This document shows, one piece after another, positions 13,856 through 27,200 of a stretch of DNA of 64,000 bases. Positions within the stretch are counted from its first letter, which is position 1. Every line of letters begins with the position of its first letter. Source of the stretch: Phoronis australis (taxonomy: Eukaryota > Animalia > Phoronida); NCBI GenBank assembly GCA_002633005.1, contig NMRA01000350.1:317642-381641 (forward strand), read 5' to 3'. Below the pieces are notes generated by a model. It did not search any database. It had not been told where the DNA came from and saw nothing but the letters and a program-made list of their open reading frames with translations. A program made the translations under genes and the position numbers.

Positions 13856-15239
13856 ATTCTAGTCTTCTCTAAAGAGGATAATCAAGACTACAGACTCTGA
13901 GGCAGGAGCCACCTGGTGGACAAGATATACGTGACTTAGAACCATCGTTGTCCCGAGGAAGTGCATGTCCGTACTTGGGAATAATTAATGCGCATGTCTT
14001 GATTGAGGTCATGTCTTAAAATAGTTGTGAACTATATGTACCATACAAGTGTAAGTCGAGGCTTACATCCTGCTAAACACTAGGCACCCCTAAATTGTCT
14101 ACATTTTCATTTTTTAAACAACCACGTTCCTTTAACCTCACTCTCCCAATTGCTGTAAGTGTTAGTCTACTAGACTTCTAGTCCTTGTTCTCTTGAGTGT
14201 TCCTGTTTCAATGCCCCATGTGATACTGACATACTACAGTATAATCAACTGAAATTAGTCATGTGAATAAACGTGATTGTATGTAGATGTGCAGTAGTTT
14301 TTAAGATGAACTAGACTTCGACAGAACTCTGCTAAACTTGGATCAACATCTTACCAGAAATATTATGGCAGTTTCATCTGAGTTTTCTGCAAAGATTGAT
14401 TGTAACTTTTGTCAGAGTTAAATGTTACGTTACTGTGCCTAGCTGCTTATTGTTGATTTATGCATAGCAAGTTGTCATGAATTCGACGAGGTGGCTGGAG
14501 CACCACCAGTCGTGATTTTGAAACAGATTGTAGCAGAAAGTAAATGAATATTTAGTCACAATGTTGTGCTCCGAAACTGTCGAAGTTTGACGTTGTCTAG
14601 TTTATTTTGGAAATGTATGTATTTAATTATTGATCCGCCTACATTTGAGCCTGTGCAATGTGAAGGTCAGTAGGAAACACAGTCAAGTAAAATATCAATA
14701 TCTACTCGTATTAGTGCTACGACCGACAATAACAATTCAATTTTGAAGACGTTTTCATTAATTATTCCTTATAATTGAACTTCTGACTTGCCAAATTGGT
14801 TGACATTTTCTGAAACTGATGTGCCAAAGTACATTCTGACCTAGCATTACCCTTCAGTATACATCCATTACATGAAGCTATAGAATCCACCTGAGGTCTT
14901 CTTTAAGTTTCACTGTAGCTTTTACTATGTGTTGTAACCCTGTCCATATGTCTGTCACAGACTGATGAATTTTGTAAATACCTAACTACCATAGTTGTCA
15001 TGGTAATAAATATTAAATCACGGTCACAGAAATACAACCACAGCGTGGGTAACTGGAGTTCTTTTGGTCAACTTTGTATCGGCGTTCTGCACCTAAGGCT
15101 GGTGCAGATGACTCGCCATTCGTTGTTCCTAATCACTGTCGATGAGGCAAACCTGAGCTGGCTGCTTTTCTGTTTCTCATCGAGTCTTGGTTACTTTTAT
15201 GACCGCTGGTTATTCTGGCCAACTCCTCGGAAACCAATG

Positions 15240-18200
15240 TCATGATGCTTCCTGGGCCTTGGTTTTATGCTCGACAGCTTTAAAGTATCTGTTCCGAAAG
15301 CTTTCTGTGTAATGGTCGGCATCGACAGTAGCACCATTTTCATGCAAAGCACCCTGTAAAAATAATTAAACATTTCATGCAAAGCACCCCGTAGAAATAG
15401 CCAAAAGTTGCACACATTTCATTCAAAGCAACCTGTAAAATTAAACACATTTCTATGTTCTCATTTAAAGCTGTATTTAAACTTAAGGTTATCAATTTAC
15501 TTGTCGATGATAATTCTTAACTGAAATGTTTTGGGAGTTTAAAAACATCACTACGCTGATCTGATTTGGAATTAATGCCGAATGAACTGGTACAAGTAGC
15601 AGTGACTGTCCATGCACCAGATTCAAAGTTGCCATTTCGGGGTCGGTCATCCCCAATCAAGTCTGAAGCGTTTTCCTTTATAGCCTGGTTTCGATGTTCT
15701 TGATGGTAATGATAATAGAACATATTGCGGTAATGAGTTCTGAGAGATCACCTTAACGAGAATTAAGCCCGATTCGAAAATTGTTTTCAGCCAGATTAAC
15801 AGGGCAAAATGCAGCCCTTGCTCAGCTATTTCTTTGTGTGCATTGGAGACGATGGTAGAAGGAAAAACAATGTAAGATTCCTAAGCACCCAGCTTGCGCA
15901 TAACGTGAAAAATGTTCAGGGTGACACTTTCCTCCACAAACTGGCGCATTCTTTTCTTGTGAATATATTTTCTTCATTAAACACGATATTTCATTGCACT
16001 TAATGGACAGCCTCTCTAAACTGAGGCAGTCACATCAGTTTGTACAAAGCATTGTCCCGGGCTGATGGTGGTAAGGAAAAATTCAATAAAATGACATCAT
16101 ATCAAAATCACATAAAACAAAAATACACAATAAAATTGTCCAAAGAAGATAAAATACTGGATATGCAGTTTTGTCAGTGGGATTTTATTTTTGAGTCATG
16201 TGACTTGATTATGACTGACACCATTTTTAATGTCTTGACACTGAGCAGGTTTTTTCAGTGAAAAATGCTCTTCAATGCATTTCATCTAAAAAGTAGTTGA
16301 GTCAAAATTTCCTGTAATTAAATCTTCAATAGTGTAAGAATTTCAAAAAACCTGACTGTTGTTCTTGGTGAAATTTTCTTGCCAATGTTGCAGTACAGTG
16401 CCATTACAAAAGAACCACATCATTCAGTAGGTACTCCAAATTTTCAGATGCACAATGAAAATCCACAGAACAGATATTCTAAAAAACTTCAACTACTTTC
16501 TGTATTTTGTGCAACACGTAGCGTATACCCCAGAATTCCGTTACCTATCTAAGCCACCACAGAAGATTTCAATTGGTTTAGATCCTACCTGCCATTCGGA
16601 AGTTTTCTCCATCGTGATGAGACGCCGTGACACTTTATCGCGAACCAGCACTTGCTCGCAGTTGGAGACGAGTGTGAAGCAAGGATGTCTAGGGATGTTT
16701 TCTTCAGTGTAACTGAAAACAAAAACTCATACTGTAGGACGTCAAGGCACTGTCTTATCGAAAGTAGAATTCCCGGTCTTGGCTAAGATGACAGCAACTT
16801 CAATATCAACTTGCACACAGCTCAATAATCCTACTCGCGATGGCAGTGGTGAAGTATGAATATAAAAATAGTCAACTTTAAGCCAGTTTCAACGCTTCAC
16901 TAATATAAAAACAGCATTGCCTTTGCAATCTTCGGTATGACTGGGTAATGACCCTAGGTAAAATAGATGCACCATTTTCAGAAACGTACCACATTCAACG
17001 TAATAGCATCATTGCATGACAACTTTAAACCACAGACAGTGCCGTCTTTAAAACATCATGTAATGGCCTTGCCAACAGGTGTAGGAGATTTATGTGGTAA
17101 GCAGCATTTGTTGACTCGTTATATTTTAGTCTCTCAGCCACAATTTACTTTGTTGTATGCCTTTCAAAAATTGGCTGACATCTCAACTCTGAACACTTGA
17201 TGAAATCGAAATTTCAAGAGCATTTCCTTTTTCAAAATAAGTGTGAAACGAAAACAAAGTTTCACAGGAGCAAGCTAGCCTTCCAAATTTCAACCAATTG
17301 CACTCTGGAAAGAGTTAGGGCTGTTCCAGCAAAATCTGTATGGGAGGGGGGGAAGGCACTTTTATTTCGTACCCACCGCCCATATTTTTCATTTATTTCT
17401 CCAACCCATGACCCATAATTTTTTAATTATTTTTAATAGGTTAAAATATAAAATCCAACGCTTGCAAACAAATTGCCTCCAGGAGGACCTGTTAAGAACT
17501 TAGATGATTGACAGACAAGAACTAGTTGTCTTGTCCAATATTGTCAAAAATTAAAGTAGCCTGTGAACAATACTTTTGGCAGCCACCAGGTGTCTCTGTT
17601 TACCATGTGTCTATAATTTCAATGAACATTTTTTCAATTATAAGGATCTATGAATCTCAAACTGTCTCCACAAACTCTTTTATACTTCTATGTCAAGTGA
17701 ATATTGGAACTTGNCTTTAAAACATCATGTAATGGCCTTGCCAACAGGTGTGGGAGATTTATGTGGTAAGCAGCATTTGTTGACTCGTTATATTTTAGTC
17801 TCTCAGCCACAATTTACTTTGTCGTATGCCTTTCAAAAATTGGCTGATATCTCAACTCTGAACACTTGATGAAATCGAAATTTCAAGATCATTTCCTTTT
17901 TCAAAAGTTAGTGTGATTAGAAACGAAAACAAAGTTTCACAGGAGCAAGCTAGCCTTCCAAATTTCAACCAATTGCACTCTGGACAGAGTTACATTAATT
18001 TAGCTGCAGCAAACACAAGGTTTCCCAGATCATTGGATTCTGACCTAGAAAATTGACTGTACACACTCTAGTTTTAAGCAAAGTGCATTGATCTACTCTA
18101 CATATTTCTTGGAAAGCTAGACACAAGATTACATTATTTATTTATTGTGTCCTAAATAATTTATTTTCTGAGCACGCGCTGTTTTATGTTGTACATGTAC

Positions 18201-21200
18201 ATGTGCGCTATGATTGGCACTCACTCAGGAATGTAGACTGGTAGCCAGTACACAAGTCTTCCCCTCAAGTTCAAGTATTTTCCCGCAAAGTTCAGTAAAT
18301 CTGTGAACACCTGCGACAGCTGGTAACTACGCTTGGTTGGGAATGCAGTGTCAGGCCTGGAAAAAACCAAGATCATTTGGACTATGCACTAGCTAAAGCT
18401 GACCAGCAGAAATTCGGTCAATTGGTTCATAAACAAAACATCCCAGCAAAACATTGTTTCCGTTTCGTGACCACTAAGTGTTTACAGCAAAAATGACAGA
18501 AAATGACTTATCACGGTACTAAACAAAGTCCTCATTACAGGATAGCATTTTCACATTGCTATCTATCCAACAAATTCCTTGCCATGATGGACAACTGCTA
18601 ATCTGAGTGCCACTTGAACCCAACTGTCATGCCAGAGAATTGTTAGTTGTGTCGGATTAAATTTGACGTGTATTCATTTGTTAATTGTATGAAGATACTA
18701 CTATTATAGATATTCTCGTATGACTGAGCTACAACACGATTGGGTATGATTAATTTGATCTCGCTTACAAAGAAAAACTGCAGCACACTACTGCGTAGCA
18801 GCTGAAACTCCATAGACATAACAATTGTCAGCACGTCAAAATCTCACCAAACATTCAATCAACATAAAACTGCCAGGGAATTGAAGATATATAGACAATT
18901 CCCTTCCACTCGAGCAATTCTGAGTCGATAAAACCTACAGAACAAATAAACCATAAAAATCTAGATACAAACTTTTCAACAGGCACTTCTCGTCGACGGG
19001 GTCCCACTTTCTTTGTTCCTTCTCTGATACCATAAGGTGCTGTCAGAGAAAACAAAGAAATTTTTGAATACACAGGTAACTATGTAGAGTAAAGACCACA
19101 AATTAATGTAAGTAAGCCTTACTTAAACATTCCTTTAAACACCTTATTAAATAACAAAAACCTGTCCAGCTTCTTCAGCCATGGGATTTACGTGTAAATA
19201 CTATAAAAGTACTAAACTTCCTGTTAAGCAGTGTCACTTTGAAATCCTACATTTCTTCACTTTTTGCTAATGCTAGGCGTTCCACTTTATTTGAAGGTCA
19301 CACATTTTCCATTCCGTGGGTGTGTGTTTTTGCCAATCAAAGTGAATTCTATAAACTATTGCACGTCTTGGTGTAAATTACTCACGGTCTGTGATAATAA
19401 CATCAAAGAGAGGTTGTTCACGCCACAAATTGTGTTTAGACGCGTCAGCAACAAATGACTCCAAGAAATGTTTTTCCAGTCCGTAGTCTCGGAGATTAGC
19501 ACGAATGTTTTCATCCTTCCCACGAAGTTTTTCACCATGTCGACTTGACCTACCTGAAATCGATTGCCAAAAAACCCAAGTAGAGACGGACAGAATCCAC
19601 ACTCACATTCATTAAAGAAATTTCACCACGTGGAAATTCAAAAATTGTAGATTTGACGTGATGCTGGCATCATTTTGCCACAAGCATACAATTCTGGATC
19701 AATCTCCAGAATGGTTGAAAATTGCCCTCAACTTTGACAGCACAAGATTTACATGTTGAATGTCAATGAGACCTTGATCGTAGACCTACAGATCCCAAAG
19801 ACATGTTAAAATAACTTTTCAGAATATCTGAATAATTCTCTTGGAAGCTAGCAACCCTTCTTAAAGGCAGAACAGTGCTATGGGTGGGCAGCTTCCAGTC
19901 TAAGTTGGAGATACCAGTGAGAATGGCATCACCTCACAAGCTCATCGTGAGCTTGGATGACGTGAATTAGTTTTCAGAAGACGAGCTTTCGTTTTTCTGT
20001 TAATTAATTAAGCTCAAGGACAATTTACACACTGGCGTTATCGATTGAACCATGTGTCTCATCTACCTAGACTCACTACAGGTTTAATTAACCGGCATTG
20101 ACATATCACTCAAACGATTAACTAGAAGAACCTCCAAATGTGGAGAACCAGCGATGATTGGCCAGCTACCTAACTGGGTATTTCAGTGTTTGTGTATGGT
20201 TTCATTTTTGCACAATGCACCTATGAAGTAAAAAGATGCATACTGACCTAATAGTTTATGTGCTTCATGTTTGACATTTTTTGATAAGATGTAAGACATA
20301 AAAACTAAACTAAAGGTACAAAAATATCCATTTGCTATCTTGACTATTTTCAGGCTAGTACCACCCAACTTGTCTCAATCTTGATAAATGCATTGTGCAT
20401 CGAGTGACTGACCAATTTCAATAATGTTGTCATGGACTCCAAGACATTGACTCAGAAATTAATCACAAAAATTTTGGAGCCAGGGGTCACTAGACCTTAA
20501 CATTCGGAAACAATGGTCATTCACTGTACTCGTGTGGACACAAAAAACACGAACAGGTGACGATAAGACAAATCTACTACAACACAGATTGTGCAGTCAG
20601 AGACACGTCAAGTGACTTACCATGTCCGTGTATCACGTTCCAGTCCAAGTCTGTCCCAAGTACATAACCACCAAAGTGGGCAGCAGACACAAGCAGACTT
20701 CCTGGAAAGAGCAAGCAACATGACATAACAAGCAAACAAGTGGGAACCTTGCAATCACATCTTTTGTGAATTCGTGTTGAAGGAGAACTGAACTCAAACG
20801 ACATACAAGTCTCTATTTTCCCGACAACCAGCTGAAGCAGACTGACAAGTATAACAATTTACACATATTACCTTGTGTGTACAAACACCAAAGCAATGTC
20901 ATTTTGTGATTTCTCAATACCTGATTTCCTTGCTTAAAAATAAAGAAAATGTTGTCAAAGGTTGTTTTATGACACTTACAAAGTACAAACCGAAGCTTCC
21001 ATCTCCTATTTAGCTGGATAAATGATTGGGTCTTTTACTCTAACTCACAAAATTAATCTCTCATTTTGTTGAGAAACTTGACACTTCATCACTGTACTGC
21101 AGTCCAAATTGGTTACAAAATTACTGTATACTGACCTAAGTCAAGTTTTGTTCTTTCTCAGAAAGACTTTGGACATAGAATTAATATAAAAGGGAAGCCT

Positions 21201-24200
21201 ACACCAAAAACCCACCTGTCCCCACGAAGGGGTCCAAGACTATGCTGTTTTCCTTTACATGCGCCATGTTGGCCATAATCATACTCAGCTTGTGTTCCAT
21301 GCTAGTATTACCTGGGTGAGTACAATGGCTTTGTGATTACATAACACAAATTGGGTACACAATGATATACATCAATGGGTATTGCAGTGCTACTTGGCTT
21401 TGCATATAGGTTGTAACATAAGCTAACTCCCGCTTCCATAACGGTTGATTGTGAGGTCTTAATGCCTGCTATGAGATACATGCAACACAGAGGTGTGTTG
21501 TGGTGGTACTTTCTAAACTCTGGGAGAAACGAGTCTGAAATGGTAGTGATTGTAGAAACAACGTAATACTTCTCACTGACTGAACAAACACATAACACTA
21601 GCAGATTCTGAAATGAAGTATTGTGAATCTTATCGCAGGTCGAGTAAATCACAGTTTTGTCATCAAACACAAATAATTGACTATGCCTTCCTAGAGTTCA
21701 ACTCTGGCTGCATTTTTGTATGACGAGTTAATTGCTGCAGGCCCAAGCTTCACAATGTTTGCACGACATCAGGAGCACAACATTGTTGGAAATTTCTTTC
21801 ATACCAGCTTTCTTGTTACCAGAGGAATGAGCTTTTAGCCCCACCTTCAACATCATTGATTTTGTTAAGCCAGTAATCTTATTACACGTGAAAGTCGCAC
21901 ATTCTCCAAAATTGCAAGACTTAAAGACTTTTATAGACAACCAAAATTGAACTCTGTCTTCTTGTAGAATTACATGTATGGTAAACACGGATACATATGC
22001 CAGAAGGATAATGGAAAGAACTGACCTATCGCAAGCTCCACGCCCTTGCAAAATGTCGACAAACAAACATTAAGTTTTATTCAGCAACCTGCTGCTTGTC
22101 GGTTAAAATGACGGCATGGAAACGAAGGTGTGTCAATAATGCTGCTTTCTGATTGGTCAGTTAAGCCGCAACTCAAAATCCAGGCGATACGTCAATTGCC
22201 AGGTATTTATATGAGAGAAGTGCTGATAACCAAAGTGTTAGAAACCCTTACAGCATATGCAAGCATAACAGGTGGACTGCCTTTTGCAAAAACTAAAACC
22301 ATGTGATTAAAAATATGAAGCACAGAGGTGTAGTTGGTTCTTAATGCTAGTGTTGCAATGTTATGCTAACTTGTCATCGACATCCTCACCAAAGAAAAAC
22401 GAAGTTGATTCTAAGGCAGTGATTCTTAAAATTTCTTTAACTTCCCTTGTAAATGAAACAGTCTTCTCAAATGCAAACAAATCTTTGCATGACATTTCTA
22501 AAAGCCACTGACATAAAAGTGGCATAGTCTCCTTAGTTGCGAGCAAATCTTCGTCTATTAGTATAGGACAGTCCCGTCTACTTTTATCTAAGGAAATAGA
22601 ACATTCAGGTTTTCATTAGGACCAGTTCCCGATCATACCTTACCATCATAACCAACAACTTTGCCAGTACTCAGAGACAAAATCACTCAGAGCTAATTCA
22701 CATTCAGACCTTGAATCGAAAAGTGTCCAATTACTTGATTATGAATAGAATTTCCGAATACCACCACTTTTGAGAGAATTCTACAAAATGGGTGGCAATT
22801 TTAAATGACATGCAGCATCTTGTTTTTTACTCACCTATAAAATGCCTTTGTTTGAGATCGTACTTCTTTACGCAGCTTCGCTGACCGTCTGCCACCTTCA
22901 AAATATAGAACTGACTAATCAGATGCAGTCACAAAGTAATTACCCTTAAATATAAACTCATAAGTTGCTTCTGATCTTCTGCTTAAATGTTAAATCAAGG
23001 AAAATTACCACTAAGCCTTCCGAACTGGACTGTTGAAATATGTCTTGCCATGATAGCCTTTGTTGCCACATGCAATGTGTGTATGAGGGATGACCTGTGA
23101 ATGAACTGTTGTGATATGGAAAGGTTAGCCAGCCTTATGTTTTAAGAGACCTATGCAACACTAATTACATCAAATCGAAATTGCAAATTTTAAACTGTAG
23201 TATACGATGTTGGTGATGGTGAGTCTTACCATTGAAGCAATAACTCCATATAGTCCAATCTTTTATCAAGTGTTATTACGAAAGGTAAGTCAGTCTATTA
23301 AAAGACAAGAGGTTCTACCCCAGGACATGAGCCAAAATAATGATTTTCAAAGATGGTGGTGCAGAGAGTTTTAGAGCATTATTTGACCAGAATTAATGGA
23401 AACAATCATGCTTCATCATGATCCAAAAACATTTAGTCCAATTTTATTGGGATAAATGGCCTAGTTGTCATTTTGGTTTTCCAGACTGCTTCACAGGTTG
23501 AAAAAATGCAGTTTAAGCATATATCTACAAGTTGAGCTTTCAAACAAGAAAAAAAAGACAAAACAGTTGTTTCAAGACAGGAATAAGAAGAAGAAAATGT
23601 CAAATTATGTCATTTAAGCTATATTACAACAGATTCAATAAATCGTCTGAAAACTTAACCGTACCCACTTTCCAAGATACAAATAATCTGGAGTATTTTT
23701 CGATTGGTGATCTTCGCTCCCATAGTATTCCAACAGGTGCACACTGAGATCTGGTTTCTTCAGGTTGACTTTGCCTTGAAAGCCCACATGCTCAACAATA
23801 TACTACAAGTAGTGCAAAACACATCCAATGGAAAGTCAAAAAAACATGATCAGGAAAAGCAGTAACCTCTCCCCTTAAGTTATTAATTTTTAACTGTAAA
23901 CAAAATTTAAGGCTACATTTTCCCTGTTCAGATGTCCTAAAACAACTAATATTTAACTCTCATCAATTCGGCCTTCCTTAAGGTGACAAGGTTCTACTTC
24001 CACTACCAACTGAAGTCACAGGCAATGCACAGTCATGTATCATTGTCGAATATACAATTTTAGAGTTGCCCATCCCCAATAAACTGTGAAGCATATTTTG
24101 AGTTGCTGCTGGTTTTGGTGTTCTTGTCGGTATCAGGACTGAAATCCTATCATGGTAAGGTTATTTGGAGACCAACTTCAAGAGAGTAAAAGGCTTAATT

Positions 24201-27200
24201 CAATTTTCGCTTTTTGGCAGGCTTAACAAGGTGTCAGAAATGGAGCTTTAAGCACCATATAGAATTGACCACAGTTTGTTCCATACACAGACTAAAAGTT
24301 GTTTTTGGAAAGAATTGACATTTTTTATTGCTTGAGGATATGCTTGACATAAACATGTAAACCAAATAAACATACTCTCTACATACATTTATTCTTTTCA
24401 AAGTCTGTTCAGGTGTGTAGGTTTTATTAAAGCCATTGATGTATACTCTGAAGGACAGATCAGGTAACAGGTACGGTGCCTGCAACAAAAATGAAAACAT
24501 TCGACAATCTCAGAGAACACACAGTAGCACTAAAATATATGGTAGCTGTTGATCCATCCAGGAAAGGTCATTGTAAATCAAATTGAACCTGGTCTGCTGA
24601 GATGATGGTAACCAGACAAGATCTCGTGAGAATCGATGGCAGTTTTATCAATCTACAGATACCATCTTTCCTTTGAAAGAGGTGTGATGACACCGTGGTT
24701 TTAGAAGTTTAATTTCGTGAGTATTGTCCAGCAGACCAGTTTCTATTCAATTTACAACATGCAGCAGTGTTATAATTTAATAGGTGAAAATTCTTGTTAT
24801 AATTGAATAAAAATTATTTGACATCTTTTGATAATTTTTTTACAGAAAGTGTCACTATTCATCAAGTTTCTTTGCGTGTTTTCACCATAACTGCAACAAA
24901 GTCAATCAAATTGTTGATCAAAGAACAGTTTGGTCGCCCGATGCAGAGACACGATGAAGGTCAAATTCAAACTCAAATAACGATTGCCCATTTGTTTAAC
25001 TCTACTTGGTCCATGGAACAATTCAGGGCTTGGAATGACCAATGACAAAAAAGAGGAAAATTTTCCAAGCAATGTATTGTTCCACAAATTAATAGGCTTG
25101 AGTGATAGAAATATTAAAAATTTTTTGTGTTTTAAATTTGACTGAAATAAACATTTTTGCATGATCAGTGAAGTCAACATAATGATAAAAAAGAGACAAA
25201 AAAGAGGAAACTCGAAATCAAATACGAGGAAATTGAAACCAAAAAACAAATTCTCTAAAAAGAGGAAAATTCCCAAGCCCTGCCAATTATGAAAGTTCTT
25301 TAATGGTAACTTGACTGGTAAAAAATCTCAAGAAATATAATTATTCCACCCGATAACAACTAGGTTTCTTTAAAAACTTGCACTGAAACATCAGTTTTCT
25401 TCTGAAATCTGCTTCATTCAAAGGCACTCACAAACATAAACAGAAGGCTATACAACAAATCAGGCCAATAAAATCAAAAAGATAGTGTGGCATGCGGCTT
25501 GACAAAGTATTGTGTCAGTCATTACTTAAACTTTAGGCTGCTCATAAACCAAACCTAGTAATTAGACTGACCAAACGCTGGCTGGGAAACGACTTTAAGT
25601 TAGCAATTGTTTCTTCAATAGTCCTTCCTTCACTCCAAAGTTCAAACGCTGACCTGAAAAACAAAGGTTATCGAGAAATTAGAAATTCACCTCTGGTTAT
25701 GTTTTGTTTCAATAATTGTTTAACCAGCGTCATCAAATTTTAAGTGTAAAATTCAGTCTGACAAGCAACAATTACGAAATACGGTTTTATCACAATGATA
25801 TTTATAGAAAACTTGGAAGAGTAAAACACTGTCAAACATGTCATTTCATTCTGCAATGTAACGATCTAGGAATTTCAACGTAAACAAAAGCAACTTACTT
25901 TATAAGAATGGTTCTCGACATAATTTTTAATAAACACTCTTCATTCGCAAACTCTGCCGCAAGGAATGGGTTCTGAAAAAAATGATTATTAGAATGTTAA
26001 AGCACACAAAGAAAAGAATAAATGAACGGATCCTTTAATCTAACAAGTACCAAGTAAGCTTTGCATAACATTCTGCATGAAGAAAAATAACAGAAATGGT
26101 AGTTTGTGACAATAAATGATAACTTGGAATGGTCTTTTAATAAAATAACAATCATATTATCATGAAGTGTAATTAAAATGTGTAGCTAAACATAATTTCG
26201 TACTGTGTGATTTTTTGAACAATATAGACATTTGGTCAGTTAGATCACTTAAAAAAAGTTGACAATGCACCTTCTCATCAGTTTGAAAGAAAACAAATTC
26301 CGGCTAATATCCAAACAATACAGACAAGGCATGTTATTCACCGCATTTCTTTCTGGTCTTCACCATAAAATCGACATAGACAGCTACATTTAGGCAAAAT
26401 CTCCAATTTTCTATGACAACCACTGCAGCAGAAGCTGACACTGCAAGAAGTTTGAGTCATGGTAGTACTAGTACTTTTTCCCCAAGAGAATCCAATATCA
26501 CTGTTACCTGCATCAAAATGACAACAAAGCTGAGACAAAAATCTTCCATTCATTCAAAGACGCACAATTCACCTACCTTTTTATTATAATCTGTTTCCGA
26601 ATGACTTATCAACTTGTACTGTATTTGAAACAGGCTACACAATGACTTCAGTTCCTGAAATGATGAACACAATATGATACATGGATTACATGAAATTGAA
26701 TATGGCCATGTATGAATCATGAAATCGTAGGGTTTACATGCATGAACGTGACCATGCACCCTAAATTTTGGGGATAAATATCAACCTCATTTCCAGAAAA
26801 GATATTAAAAATCACGCAAAATTCCGGCCTCATTAGGTCTGTAAAGTCACATCGAATGATAAAGAATTTCCCTCAAGTCAAGGTTAGGATTACTAGATGT
26901 AACTCACTGACTGCTGGATTCAGTATGTGTTGTTTCATTAAATTTACTGACTGAGGGTATGATGGAATTGTTGGTGGTGCACCACCCAGGCCAGGACAGG
27001 GGGAGGAGGCCCCCGCCCCGTTACTATCATAAAAATAACAATGCCAACGAAATGATGTCTACCTCAATAGCTGTTCTGTCTGGTGGCACTCACTGACTCA
27101 GTCTACAGCAGAACGTACTGTCGTAACAGCTGAGATTACCTGACCTTGGAAATAGAACCAGCAACCCCGATTTAACCGGCGAAGGTGCAAACCATTCAGC

